Of a DNA stretch of 45,858 nt, positions 17,765 to 28,306 are shown one piece after another (the first letter of the stretch is position 1; each line of letters begins with the position of its first letter). Made by a program: the position numbers and the translations under genes. The notes below the pieces were generated by a model, which was not told the origin of the DNA, did not search any database, and was given only the letters and a program-made list of their open reading frames with translations. This DNA is from Bacteroidia bacterium (GTDB lineage Bacteria; Bacteroidota; Bacteroidia; UBA4408). The stretch covers positions 1 through 45,858 of the forward strand of contig JBIICS010000004.1 of the NCBI GenBank assembly GCA_044238735.1, read 5' to 3'.

Positions 17765-18671
17765 TATTCTCCTCTACTTTTTATTTTGCCTAATTTTCGC
17801 TTCATGTTTCGGACCCAAAAATATGTTCTTAAGCGGAAAGGTCACTCCAAAAGGAAGTTTTGCAGTAGGATCGAACGTAACAGCCAACATCAGCACATCA
17901 GGAGTTTCTCAGGCCTATAAAACCATTAAGAGCGCTGCCTCTGAATACAACAATAGAGATAGTACCTTTATAGACGAACAACTCAATAATATTAGCAAAA
18001 CGGCAATAGCTTATTCCATTGATCCTGTTTCGGCCGGATATGATTTTTATATTCGTTATGGCTTAGTAAATAAGGTTGACTTGGGATACAGGTATAATAA
18101 TGGCGCTCATGTATTAGATGCAAGATATCAGTTTATAGGTACAACTGGCACCTTTAAGAATAACGCCGAAAATACAAACCCAAAAAGGTGGCACGGTTCT
18201 TTGGGCATTCAATATTCTTCTCAATCGAGCGGAATCCCTTTCGACTATTTTGGTTTAATAGGGCAACCATTTAATTTTAGCTTAAGCAGAAAAGACCTGT
18301 TAATTCCACTTACCTTAAGTTATGCTTTTGGACCCGAAGAGAAATATGGTGCATTTTGCTTTGGTTTGCTTTTTACCAAAACCCGCATTAAATATAGTTT
18401 TAGTCCACAAGGGATCTATCAGCTTAATCAGGGAATTCCACAATTAATCCCGGCATTTAAAGAAGACAAATCATTTATTTCGGGAGGTGCTTTTATACAT
18501 CTTAAGTTTGGATTCAAATTTATATATGGTGTTTTAGGTACGGCACTTTATTATCAAAATTTCGGAAGTTTTAAATCGTTAAATCAAACCACATTTGGAT
18601 TTAAGGGATTTACACTGGTTCCAAATGCAGGAATTATAATTACCAGTCCCTCTACCTTTAGAAAAAAATAA
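17745..18671 (+). CDS. Hypothetical outer-membrane lipoprotein / beta-barrel-like protein
   Basis: Lipobox-like FASC; amphipathic aromatic strands (YDFYIRYG, LDARYQF). GTG start uncertain. Confidence 0.65.
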   Translation: MIIRILNILLYFLFCLIFASCFGPKNMFLSGKVTPKGSFAVGSNVTANISTSGVSQAYKTIKSAASEYNNRDSTFIDEQLNNISKTAIAYSIDPVSAGYDFYIRYGLVNKVDLGYRYNNGAHVLDARYQFIGTTGTFKNNAENTNPKRWHGSLGIQYSSQSSGIPFDYFGLIGQPFNFSLSRKDLLIPLTLSYAFGPEEKYGAFCFGLLFTKTRIKYSFSPQGIYQLNQGIPQLIPAFKEDKSFISGGAFIHLKFGFKFIYGVLGTALYYQNFGSFKSLNQTTFGFKGFTLVPNAGIIITSPSTFRKK

Positions 18672-18784
18672 AACCACTATTATTAGGTAACTTGGTTAAT
18701 GTTATATGTTTTTTTGTAAAATTTGAGCAAAAGAACATAAAATGGAACGCTTTTTGAAATTGTAAAAGAATAAACCTATAATTT

Positions 18785-19564
18785 ATGAAAACAATAATTA
18801 GTTTGCTGGTAGTTTTGGTTATTGCCTGGAATGTGAAAGCGCAAACATTAAGGAAAATGAATAACCGAGCTTTTGAAAAAGGGGAAAAATTAACTTTTAG
18901 AGTGCATTATGGAATTATTGACGCCGGTACCGCACAAATGGAAGTTTTAGAAGAAGATAAAAAAATAGGATCTAGGTCCGTTTATCACATAGTTGGAACA
19001 GGAAATACCAATAAAGCATTTGACTTATTCTTTAAAGTAAGAGACCGATATGAAACCTTTATAGATGAGGAAGCACTTGTACCGTGGATGTTTATAAGAA
19101 AAGTTCAGGAGGGCAGCTACAACTTAAATCAGTTTGTTGTTTTTAACCAAATTAAAGATGAAGCAAAAAGCGATAAAGGGGTTTATAAAACACCGGATAA
19201 TATTCAGGATCTTCTTTCCACTTATTATTATTTAAGAAATTTGGATTTTTCTAAATCTAAACCCGGTGATGTTTTTGCACAAACTGCTTTTTTAGATAAT
19301 GAGGTCCATAAATTTTATTACAAATATTTAGGAAGAGAAACCATAAAGACAGAATTAGGGACTTTCAACTGCATTAAATTTTGTCCTTCGCTTTTAAAAG
19401 GGCGTGTATTTAAACACGAAGAAGATATGGTAGTGTGGGTTACCGACGATGAAAATAAAATTCCGATAAGAGCAGAAGCCAGAATTTTAGTGGGGTCTGT
19501 TAAAATGGATTTGCAGAGTTACAGTGGAGTTAAACAACCTTTGGCAGTAGTTAGCAAAAAGTAA
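18785..19564 (+). CDS. DUF3108-family secreted protein
   Basis: Signal peptide; GEKLTFRVHYG, FFKVRDRYET, VWVTDDENKIP, VGSVKMDL. Confidence 0.85.
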   Translation: MKTIISLLVVLVIAWNVKAQTLRKMNNRAFEKGEKLTFRVHYGIIDAGTAQMEVLEEDKKIGSRSVYHIVGTGNTNKAFDLFFKVRDRYETFIDEEALVPWMFIRKVQEGSYNLNQFVVFNQIKDEAKSDKGVYKTPDNIQDLLSTYYYLRNLDFSKSKPGDVFAQTAFLDNEVHKFYYKYLGRETIKTELGTFNCIKFCPSLLKGRVFKHEEDMVVWVTDDENKIPIRAEARILVGSVKMDLQSYSGVKQPLAVVSKK

Positions 19565-19570
19565 TTATTA

Positions 19571-19601
19571 GAAAAAAGCATCAAAATTTGATGCTTTTTT
19601 C
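19571..19601. terminator. Bidirectional intrinsic terminator
   Basis: Perfect inverted repeat GAAAAAAGCATCAAA-A-TTTGATGCTTTTTTC between convergent genes. Confidence 0.9.
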
Positions 19602-21947
19602 TTATCCAACAATTTTCAATTTCGCAAACTGTAATAATAACTGCTTATCACCTACCCCATCAAAGCTAACCGTAGCCTTAAGTTGTGGCGGTCGTCCTTC
19701 AATATTTTTAACCGTTCCCTTTCCAAATCGTTGATGCTCTACACGCATTCCAACTGATAATTTGCTGGTATCATCTCCTACAAAATCATTACCCGAATTA
19801 TTAGAAGGAGCTTGCTTGGCTGCATCAGTCACTTTAACTAAATTTTTAGGCTGGCCTGAGGCAGTAGATTTCTTTACAGGCGCTTCAAACGTAAATGTTT
19901 TGTTGGAGCGTTTATCCCAACCGGTATATTGCTCGCGTTCACCATCAAAACCACCATTTCGTTTTGCGGGAGCAGAAATCATATTTAAATAAACGCTATC
20001 GATCTCGTCTATAAATCGGCTCGGCTCGCAATAAATTAAATTACCCCAACGATAACGGGTTTCGGCATGTGTAATGTTTACTTGCTTTTCGGCTCGTGTA
20101 AGCGCAACATAAAATAATCTGCGTTCTTCTTCTAATTCTTCGCGACTATTTAAAGCCATTTGAGAGGGAAAAAGATTTTCCTCTAATCCAACTAAATATA
20201 CAAAAGGAAACTCCAAACCTTTTGCAGCGTGAATAGTCATCATCGAGACCTTATTTTTATCATCCTCATCCTCACTCTCGGCATCCGTTAATAAAGCAAC
20301 ATCGGCCATAAATTCATCCAAGGTTAAAAGCTTTTGCTCCCCATCTTCGTTGGCAATGGGTTTTTCGGTAAATTCCTTTATACCATTTAATAATTCCTGA
20401 ATGTTTTCGTAACGACTTACCCCCTCAGGCGTTTTATCGGAATACAACTCTTTTAAAATTCCACTCGATTGAGCAATATAAGTTGCCAAATCGAATGCGT
20501 TTTTAGTTTTAAGCTGCACTGCAAAACTATGTATAAGGGTTTTAAACTCACTTAGCTTTGTTGCTGTACCCGCGTTAATCCCGTGCATGCCGGACTCTAA
20601 AGAATCCAATAAATGCATTATGCTACAATTAGACTCGGCAGCTGCTACAATTAATTTATCAACTGTAGTTTTACCAATACCCCTTGCCGGATAATTAATT
20701 ACACGTTTTAAAGCCTCTTCATCATTTGGATTTAGAGTTAATCGGCAATACGCCAAAATATCTTTTATCTCTTTGCGTTGATAAAAACTCAGGCCTCCAT
20801 AAATTCTATAGGGAATATTAAGCTTTCTTAGTGCTTCCTCAAACGAGCGCGACTGAGCATTTGTTCGGTATAAAATTGCAAAATCGCTTGGTTTCGCCTG
20901 TTTATTTTGTTGCGTTTCAAAAATGGAATTAGCAACAATACTACCTTCCTCATTATCAGTGTAGGCCTTTTGAACTGTTATTCTTTCCCCCTCTTCATTG
21001 CTGGTCCAAACCGTTTTTTTAATTTGTTCTTTATTATTATTAATTACACTATTGGCTGCATTAACAATAACTTTAGTAGAACGATAATTTTGTTCTAGCT
21101 TAAAAGTTTTAAAATCGGGATAATCCTTTTTAAAATTTAAAATATTTTGAATGTTTGCACCTCGGAAGGCGTATATGCTTTGAGCATCGTCACCTACCAC
21201 ACAAAGATTTTCGCGTAGAGCGGCCAGTTTTTTTACTATCAAGTACTGAGAAAAATTAGTATCCTGATACTCATCAACCAAAATATAATTAAAGCGGTGC
21301 TGATATTTCAATAATACTTCGGGATGATCGCGAAGTAACACATTAGTATTAAATAATAAATCATCAAAATCCATAGCAGATGCAGCCTTTAATCGCTGAT
21401 TATAAATTTGATACACCTGTCCCATTTTTGGCTTCCCTGCTAATTTATCTTCATTATTAATCTCAACGTTATTTAAATAGGCTGCTGGTGAAATTAAATT
21501 ATTTTTTGCTGAAGAAATTCTTCCTAACACTAAGGAAGGTTTGTAAATTTTATCATCCAATCCTTGCTCGCCCAATATGGTCTTAATTAAACTTTTACTG
21601 TCATCGGTATCATAAATAGTAAAGTTGGTTGGATAACCTATCAAATGAGCCTCTGCACGTAAAATTCTACTAAATACCGAATGGAATGTGCCCATCCAAA
21701 GATTTTTACCATTTGCACCTACAATTTTAACTATACGCTCCTTCATCTCGCGTGCAGCTTTATTGGTAAAAGTTAACGCCAATATATTAAAAGGATCTAC
21801 GCCTTTATTGATGAGATGTGCAATACGATAAGTTAAAACTCTGGTTTTACCCGAACCGGCACCTGCTATAACCATAACGGGTCCCTCCGTAGCTTCAACT
21901 GCCCCTCTTTGCGACTCGTTTAGTTCGTTTAAGTATGAGAATTCCAT
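19602..21947 (-). CDS. uvrD: UvrD/PcrA ATP-dependent DNA helicase
   Basis: AGAGSGKT, TFTNKAA, VDEYQD, LEQNYRS, HAAKGLEF, YVALTRA, C-terminal Tudor-like domain; ATG 21947 preferred over TTG 21953. Confidence 0.96.
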   Translation of the reverse strand: MEFSYLNELNESQRGAVEATEGPVMVIAGAGSGKTRVLTYRIAHLINKGVDPFNILALTFTNKAAREMKERIVKIVGANGKNLWMGTFHSVFSRILRAEAHLIGYPTNFTIYDTDDSKSLIKTILGEQGLDDKIYKPSLVLGRISSAKNNLISPAAYLNNVEINNEDKLAGKPKMGQVYQIYNQRLKAASAMDFDDLLFNTNVLLRDHPEVLLKYQHRFNYILVDEYQDTNFSQYLIVKKLAALRENLCVVGDDAQSIYAFRGANIQNILNFKKDYPDFKTFKLEQNYRSTKVIVNAANSVINNNKEQIKKTVWTSNEEGERITVQKAYTDNEEGSIVANSIFETQQNKQAKPSDFAILYRTNAQSRSFEEALRKLNIPYRIYGGLSFYQRKEIKDILAYCRLTLNPNDEEALKRVINYPARGIGKTTVDKLIVAAAESNCSIMHLLDSLESGMHGINAGTATKLSEFKTLIHSFAVQLKTKNAFDLATYIAQSSGILKELYSDKTPEGVSRYENIQELLNGIKEFTEKPIANEDGEQKLLTLDEFMADVALLTDAESEDEDDKNKVSMMTIHAAKGLEFPFVYLVGLEENLFPSQMALNSREELEEERRLFYVALTRAEKQVNITHAETRYRWGNLIYCEPSRFIDEIDSVYLNMISAPAKRNGGFDGEREQYTGWDKRSNKTFTFEAPVKKSTASGQPKNLVKVTDAAKQAPSNNSGNDFVGDDTSKLSVGMRVEHQRFGKGTVKNIEGRPPQLKATVSFDGVGDKQLLLQFAKLKIVG

Positions 21948-21950
21948 ACT

Positions 21951-21958
21951 CAAATTTA
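21951..21958 (-). promoter_or_regulatory. Bacteroidota -7 element directly before the uvrD ATG
   Basis: Minus strand reads TAAATTTG-AGT-ATG; no clear -33 TTTG seen. Confidence 0.55.
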
Positions 21959-22071
21959 CAAAATGAAAAAAAGGGACTTGTAGCGAAGGTGCTGATTTTT
22001 TAAGGAGTTATTAACGCATTTTTTTGGCTTATTAGCTTAATGGTTTAGTATTTAACAGAATTAAGAGCAAC

Positions 22072-22096
22072 AAAAAAGGCTCCATATGGAGCCTTT
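22072..22096 (-). terminator. Intrinsic terminator after the deoxynucleoside kinase
   Basis: Palindrome AAAGGCTCCATATGGAGCCTTT with A6 on +. Confidence 0.85.
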
Positions 22097-22117
22097 ATAT
22101 TTAAATATATTGATATA

Positions 22118-22732
22118 TTAAAATAATCCGTTGATTTCAGAATTTATTTTATTTACGATAATTCCCAGGTCTTCTTTCTTTTCGGGAAAATTATTCGAAT
22201 CGATATCTATAATTAATAATTTACCCTTATCGTATGTGCTAATCCATGCTTCGTAACGTTCATTTAAACGTTTTAAATAATCTATACGTATTGCCTCCTC
22301 GTATTCACGACCACGTTTGGAAATTTGACCAACCAATGTTTGAACACTGGCCCTTAAATAAATTAAGAGATCGGGTGGTTTTATAAATTCCTCCATTACT
22401 TTATATAAAGAAAAGTAATTATCAAAATCGCGGGTTGTCATTAACCCCATAGCATGAAGATTTGGTGCAAAAATGTAAGCATCTTCATAAATGGTACGAT
22501 CTTGTATAATGGTTTTTTTGCTTTTTCTGAATTTCTGAACTTGTGCAAAACGTGTATTTAAGAAATAAACCTGAAGGTTAAAAGACCAACGCTGCATGTC
22601 CTCATAAAAATCGTATAGATAGGGGTTTTCATCGGCATCTTCGTAATGCGCTTCCCACTTGTACTGTTTTGCGAGTAGGGTTGTTAAAGTTGTTTTTCCT
22701 GAACCAATGTTTCCAGCTACGGCAATATGCAT
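22118..22732 (-). CDS. Deoxynucleoside kinase
   Basis: IAVAGNIGSGKTT, QDRTIYED, PDLLIYL, RGREYE. Confidence 0.95.
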   Translation of the reverse strand: MHIAVAGNIGSGKTTLTTLLAKQYKWEAHYEDADENPYLYDFYEDMQRWSFNLQVYFLNTRFAQVQKFRKSKKTIIQDRTIYEDAYIFAPNLHAMGLMTTRDFDNYFSLYKVMEEFIKPPDLLIYLRASVQTLVGQISKRGREYEEAIRIDYLKRLNERYEAWISTYDKGKLLIIDIDSNNFPEKKEDLGIIVNKINSEINGLF

Positions 22733-22854
22733 AATAAATATTTATTAAAATTTAGCTCCTTTGTTTTACTAAAATACTAATAATTAACTAAAATCAAAAA
22801 GGAATATTTAAATTGAAATTTAGCCTAAACCCTAATGTTTATAAGGAATTTACG

Positions 22855-23646
22855 TTATCTAGACTTGTAAACAGAAATACCAGCATTGGTTAAAAAGTAG
22901 ATTTTACCCTGATTTACATGCCAAGCCCTAACGTTATTGTTTACTTTTATTTCGGCAGACTGAAGGGTTTTGAGACTATAAGAGAATAATTTCTCGTTAA
23001 TTGAATAAAACAAATGAGTTTCGTTTATTTCGAATGATTGTAAATCTTTAAAAGGGATGGTTTTAAAATACGTGCCATAAATATCAAATACAAGAATTCC
23101 CGTTTCGGGATCATTAATATAAAGTTGATTATTGTATTCGCAGATAAAATTTGGATGAATATCTGCCCTCACAATTTGATTTATAAAATTAACCTCAACG
23201 GTTTTACGTAAAATTTCATCGAATCGGATTATAGAAAAGTTAACCGGGTTATAAGTCCAAAATGCATTGTTATAGGATGAACAGGTTAAACTAACGGTAC
23301 CTAAATTGCTTTCATTCAAGTTAATTTCGGTTGTTGCCTTACCCATCATGTTGTCCAAAAAAATAATAGTAGACAAAGACTGGCTAAAAAGCAAAACCTT
23401 TAACGGGTTTAAAACATCCAGAGTAAATTCATTTCCGATTTGTTTGTTACTGTATCGGCCAATAAATTTTTGATCTGAATTGTATTTCGAAATCTCGTTC
23501 TTATTAACTAGATAGTAATTACCTAAATTATCAACCTTAAAATTATCAGCAGTAACATTCCAATCAGAAATTTTTATTAAAGCAGAATCCTGCGCTAACA
23601 AAAGAGAAGAACACAAAATGAAAACAATTACTAAAAACTTACTCAT
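22855..23646 (-). CDS. Hypothetical secreted beta-propeller-like protein
   Basis: Signal peptide; VDNLGNYY and ILVFDIYGTY blade-like repeats; 4-nt overlap with the GH3 gene. Confidence 0.7.
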   Translation of the reverse strand: MSKFLVIVFILCSSLLLAQDSALIKISDWNVTADNFKVDNLGNYYLVNKNEISKYNSDQKFIGRYSNKQIGNEFTLDVLNPLKVLLFSQSLSTIIFLDNMMGKATTEINLNESNLGTVSLTCSSYNNAFWTYNPVNFSIIRFDEILRKTVEVNFINQIVRADIHPNFICEYNNQLYINDPETGILVFDIYGTYFKTIPFKDLQSFEINETHLFYSINEKLFSYSLKTLQSAEIKVNNNVRAWHVNQGKIYFLTNAGISVYKSR

Positions 23647-25157
23647 GTTATATTCTTTTTAATTTGATCTATAATGTCGCGGTTATTACTTAAACGCGGG
23701 ATTTTATATTGACCACCGAGTTTATTATTACTTTTTAACCATTCGTAAAACAAATTACGATTAGCGACCCTTATTTCAGGCATTTTTAAGATGTAATTCC
23801 CGTAACGTTTTGCCTCGTAATCAGAATTAATTGCTTTGAGTGCATTATCCAATACTTCTGCAAAATAATTTAAATCAACCGGCAATTTATCAAATTCGAT
23901 TAACCATTCGTGAGCTCCAGAACTTTTTCCATCAAAATAAAAAGGTGCAGCGGTATATTCTTTAATAATAGCAGCTGTTTTCTCGCAAGCAACACTTAAT
24001 GCTTTTTCAGCGTTATCAATCATCAGTTCCTCACCAAAAGCATTAATAAAATGTTTGGTACGTCCCGAAATAGTAAAACGATATGGCAAAACGGAAGTAA
24101 AGCGGATTGTATCTCCTATTTGATAACGCCATAATCCGGCATTTGTAGTAATTACCATCGCATATTCTTTATTAAGCTCAACATCCTGTAATTCGATAGT
24201 ATTAAAAGAGGATGATCCATGTTCCTCAATTGGTATGAATTCATAATAAATACCATAGTCCAACATCAAAAGCATCTCATTACTATTATTAATATCCTGC
24301 AAACCAAAAAATCCCTCCGATGCATTATATGTTTCCAGATAAGAAATATTATTCTCCTTTAATAATTGATTAAACTGAAATCGGTAAGGGGTAAAACTAA
24401 CGCCACCATGAAAATAAACTTCCAGATTAGGCCAAATATCCTTAAAACTAATATCGCCCTTTAATTCTTTTATTTTTGTTAAAAGTAGCAATAACCAAGA
24501 GGGAACACCGGCAATAGAGGTTACATTTTCATTCATAGTTGTTTCTGCCATCTTCCACAACTTATCGTCCCAATTATTCATGAGGGCAATTTGCAAATTA
24601 GGCGCACGCAAAAACTCGGCCCACAAAGGTAAATTTTGAATAATTATTGCTGAAACATCACCATAGTAACTTTCATAATCTTCAAACCTAAATACATCGT
24701 GACTACCCCCAAGCGCAAGGTTTTTACCGGTAAAAAGCAAAGTATCTTCGCGATTATTACAATGTATTGTAACCATATCTTTTCCGCCGCGATAATGGCA
24801 CTCCTCGAGCGATTCTATACTTACCGGAATAAACTTAGATTTATCGCCTGTTGTTCCTGATGATTTTGCGAACCATTTAATTTCAGTGGGCCATAAAATA
24901 TTTTGCTCCCCTTTCCGTATGCGCTCTATATCACCCTTTATACTTTCGTAATCCTGAAGGGGAACACGGTTTATAAATGTTTTAAAATTATTGATAGAAC
25001 CAAACTCATAACGTTTTCCCCATTCGGTATTTTGCGCCTGAAACAAAAGTCTTTTCAGCCACTCGTTTTGAACGTCTACCGGATATTTCATAAAAAGCTC
25101 CATCTGATGGATTCTTTTTTTCATTACCCAGGCCGCTATGGAATTGATGATAGGCAT
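23643..25157 (-). CDS. GH3 auxin-responsive promoter family acyl-adenylate ligase
   Basis: AKSSGTT, YNASEGFF, WRYQIGD, GGQYKIPRL. Confidence 0.93.
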   Translation of the reverse strand: MPIINSIAAWVMKKRIHQMELFMKYPVDVQNEWLKRLLFQAQNTEWGKRYEFGSINNFKTFINRVPLQDYESIKGDIERIRKGEQNILWPTEIKWFAKSSGTTGDKSKFIPVSIESLEECHYRGGKDMVTIHCNNREDTLLFTGKNLALGGSHDVFRFEDYESYYGDVSAIIIQNLPLWAEFLRAPNLQIALMNNWDDKLWKMAETTMNENVTSIAGVPSWLLLLLTKIKELKGDISFKDIWPNLEVYFHGGVSFTPYRFQFNQLLKENNISYLETYNASEGFFGLQDINNSNEMLLMLDYGIYYEFIPIEEHGSSSFNTIELQDVELNKEYAMVITTNAGLWRYQIGDTIRFTSVLPYRFTISGRTKHFINAFGEELMIDNAEKALSVACEKTAAIIKEYTAAPFYFDGKSSGAHEWLIEFDKLPVDLNYFAEVLDNALKAINSDYEAKRYGNYILKMPEIRVANRNLFYEWLKSNNKLGGQYKIPRLSNNRDIIDQIKKNIT

Positions 25158-25212
25158 TAAGTAAAATTAAGATTTAATTATTACTAATTAAATAAATAAT
25201 AACCAAAAAATA

Positions 25213-25797
25213 TTACTCTAAATCTGCCTGATCATCAACAAAATTAATTAATTGAGGAAAATAATCTGAAAAGAGAAATTGAAGCTGCTCGTAATGCTTA
25301 ATAAAAGAAGCTTGAGCAAGGTGCATAGTATTTTCCACTTTAATTCTCTTGTGCATTCCTCTAAAAACTTCATCAATTCCATCAATATCTTTATAACGAT
25401 ACAAGCGATCTGTTTGTTTTGCATAATCGAAGAACGATTTTGAATGCCCGGGAAGTAAATGATAATAATTGCCAATAACATCCATAATACGATACGTATA
25501 AACTCTAAAATCCTCCGTATGAAAACGCTTCCATGCCCTCGCCAAAAAATGATCAAAATAAATATCTAACGCAACTCCCGAATATTTGCCTAATTCAGGA
25601 CGCAATAAAACCAGTCCGTTTTTTACTATTGGATGATGATCCGTATAATGATCAATAGCTCGATGTAACAAAATTCCTTTTTGGATTCCAGGTGAAAATT
25701 GATTAAGGTCTTTTCCCTTTATAGAATCTGCTATATAATTACCAATAATTTTTTCTTCGTTATTACCGGATAAATAAATATGTGCAAGGAAATTCAA
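25213..25797 (-). CDS. acpH: Acyl carrier protein phosphodiesterase
   Basis: MNFLAHIYLS, GNYIAD, LHRAIDHYTD, DIYFDHFLA; TTG start. Confidence 0.92.
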   Translation of the reverse strand: MNFLAHIYLSGNNEEKIIGNYIADSIKGKDLNQFSPGIQKGILLHRAIDHYTDHHPIVKNGLVLLRPELGKYSGVALDIYFDHFLARAWKRFHTEDFRVYTYRIMDVIGNYYHLLPGHSKSFFDYAKQTDRLYRYKDIDGIDEVFRGMHKRIKVENTMHLAQASFIKHYEQLQFLFSDYFPQLINFVDDQADLE

Positions 25798-26044
25798 ACT
25801 TTAATTAGTAATTGTATTTAGAATAAATGATATATTTCTTATAATTTAAATTATACTAGCATATAAATAATTACTTTTTAATTGTTGTAGTTAAAACAAT
25901 CTATACTTCTTTATTGGGTTCTCTATGCTTAATAAACTCAAACACTTATTTTCTAAATTTAGGTTACAAATATATTCTTAAACTACCAGAAAGTTACCTT
26001 ATAAAAAGTAAACTAAAAGTAAAAACACTTTTCAGCCTATTTAG

Positions 26045-26455
26045 TTATTTCAATTCTGATAGAGCAAGAATATGATCAAACTCTTCAACTCTAACAGGCA
26101 TAACAGAAAGCCGAGATTGCTTAATTAGGCCTATATTTTGCAATTTTTTATCCGCCTTTATTTGAGCAAGTGATACTGGATTTTTGAGCGTTTTAAAAGG
26201 ACTTAGATCTACCACTACCCAATTAGCATCATCCGTTGTGGGATCCTGATAATATTCTTTCACTACTTTTGCAATTCCAATAATTTCCATTCCTTCGTTG
26301 CTATGATAGAAGAAAACCAAATCTCCTTTTTTCATTGCTTTTAAATTGTTTCGGGCCTGATAATTTCTGACACCATCCCAAAATGTTTTTTTATCCTTCA
26401 GAAACTTTTCCCAAGAATATTTAAAAGGCTCTGATTTTACTAACCAATAATTCAT
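26045..26455 (-). CDS. EVE domain protein
   Basis: YWLVKSEP, WDGVRNYQARN, FFYHS, SRLSVMPV. Confidence 0.95.
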   Translation of the reverse strand: MNYWLVKSEPFKYSWEKFLKDKKTFWDGVRNYQARNNLKAMKKGDLVFFYHSNEGMEIIGIAKVVKEYYQDPTTDDANWVVVDLSPFKTLKNPVSLAQIKADKKLQNIGLIKQSRLSVMPVRVEEFDHILALSELK

Positions 26456-26460
26456 CTTAT

Positions 26461-27477
26461 TTAATGTAAAATTTTAAAAATCATTTCTTTCATTAATTCG
26501 CTATCGCTCGCTTCGCCTGCTTCCACGCCTTTTCCTTTTAAATCGTATTCGCGTAAAACACTAATGATATTAACCAGTTTAGCCGGAGTATATTTTTGGG
26601 CTGCCGAAACATAATCATTAACAAAATAGGGATTTACTCCTAAAACAGATGCTAATTTATTTTTATCGCTCACCTTATGTGTTAACATTAATTTAGTAAA
26701 GTATCCGAATAGTGTGCCGGGTAAAATTACAAATGGATGCTCTTTAGGATTAGAAGCAAAATAATTAATAATCTGATTTGCTTTATAAACCTCGCGGTTA
26801 CCCAGTGCATTCTGCAATTCAAAAACATTAAAGTCTTTACTTATTCCAATATTTTTTTGAATTAAATCGGGAGTTACTTCGGTTCCTTGAGGAATATTTA
26901 TGAATAATTTATTTAGTTCGTTTTCTATTTTGCTTAAATCGGTTCCTAAATTATCGGCAAGAAGTTTTGCTGCTACAGGACCCATTTGATAACCTTTTTC
27001 ACGTACCAAGGAAGAAATCCAATCGGGTATTTTATTATCGTATAACTTCGACGATTCAAAATAAACTGCCTTATCCTTTAAAGTTTTTCCAAAGCTTTTT
27101 CTTCCATCGGGTGTTTTATATTTATAACAAATAACTAACACGGTTGATGGGGAAGGAGATTTTACATATGATTCTAATTTCTCAATATCCTTAACCCCTT
27201 GCGCTTCTTTAACTACTATTACAGTTCTATCAGCCATCATTGGGAAACGTTTACTTTCGCTAATAATTTGCGACGCATTAACTTCGTTTCCATACAATAC
27301 AGATTGATTAAAAGATTTTTCTGTTTCGTCTAAAACAAAATTCTCTATATAATCACTTAATTTATCAATGTAATAAGGTTCTTCACCACACAAGAAATAA
27401 ACAGGACTGTAATTTTTCTTTTTAAGCGAGGCTAAGATATCGCTATAAACTTTTTGACTGTCTTCTTTTTTTGCCAT
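26461..27477 (-). CDS. holA: DNA polymerase III delta subunit
   Basis: PVYFLCGEEPYYID, FNQSVLYG, IGISKDFNVFEL. Confidence 0.95.
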   Translation of the reverse strand: MAKKEDSQKVYSDILASLKKKNYSPVYFLCGEEPYYIDKLSDYIENFVLDETEKSFNQSVLYGNEVNASQIISESKRFPMMADRTVIVVKEAQGVKDIEKLESYVKSPSPSTVLVICYKYKTPDGRKSFGKTLKDKAVYFESSKLYDNKIPDWISSLVREKGYQMGPVAAKLLADNLGTDLSKIENELNKLFINIPQGTEVTPDLIQKNIGISKDFNVFELQNALGNREVYKANQIINYFASNPKEHPFVILPGTLFGYFTKLMLTHKVSDKNKLASVLGVNPYFVNDYVSAAQKYTPAKLVNIISVLREYDLKGKGVEAGEASDSELMKEMIFKILH

Positions 27478-28250
27478 TAGTCGAAACGAAGATGACGAAC
27501 AGTTAAACCATTATTTTTTAAAACATTAAGCGAATCTATTCCTATGCGCAAATGGATATCCACAAAATTGCTAGTTACCTGTTTATCGCTCTCTTCAGTT
27601 TTAACTCCCTCAGGTACCATAGGTTGATCGGAGACTAAAAGCAATGCACCGGTAGGAATATGATTTTTAAACCCTACCGAAAACAAAGTTGCTGTTTCCA
27701 TATCAATACCCATTACTCGGATTTTACGTAAATATTCTTTAAACTCTTCGTCGTGTTCCCAAACCCTGCGATTAGTCGTGTAGACCGTTCCGGTCCAATA
27801 ATCTTTATCGTGATTGCGAATGGTAGTAGATACTGCTTTTTGTAAACTAAAGGCGGGTAGGGCTGGAACTTCAGGAGGAAAATAATCATCCGATGCACCC
27901 TCGCCTCTAACCGCAGCAATAGGCAGGATTAAATCGCCGAGTGCGTTTTTTTTCTTTAACCCCCCACACTTACCCAAAAACAAAACCGCTTTGGGTTCTA
28001 TTGCAGTTATTAAATCCATTATAGTAGCGGCATTTGCCGAACCCATCCCAAAATTAATCATGGTTATTCCATCAGCTGTTGCATTAGGCATAGCCTTGTC
28101 TATACCCTTTATTTCTACATTATGCATTTGGGCAAACATGTATACATAATTATTGAAATTAGTAAGCAAAATATATTTACCAAATTCATTTAACGATGTA
28201 CCCGTGTAACGAGGCAACCAATTGTTTACAATTTCTTCCTTACTTTTCAT
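27477..28250 (-). CDS. amn: AMP nucleosidase (Bacteroidota type)
   Basis: MKSKEEIVNNWLPRYTG, FGMGSANAA, DMETAT; ATG 28250 preferred over GTG 28271; TAATG coupling to holA. Confidence 0.93.
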   Translation of the reverse strand: MKSKEEIVNNWLPRYTGTSLNEFGKYILLTNFNNYVYMFAQMHNVEIKGIDKAMPNATADGITMINFGMGSANAATIMDLITAIEPKAVLFLGKCGGLKKKNALGDLILPIAAVRGEGASDDYFPPEVPALPAFSLQKAVSTTIRNHDKDYWTGTVYTTNRRVWEHDEEFKEYLRKIRVMGIDMETATLFSVGFKNHIPTGALLLVSDQPMVPEGVKTEESDKQVTSNFVDIHLRIGIDSLNVLKNNGLTVRHLRFD

Positions 28251-28306
28251 TTTAGTACCAGATAGAGTCACTAATTTAGTGAAAATAAGTCCACGAACTA
28301 TTTTTT

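Noticed and set aside
23643-25157. GH3 auxin-responsive gene as plant-derived HGT
   Set aside because: The family is widespread in Bacteroidota.
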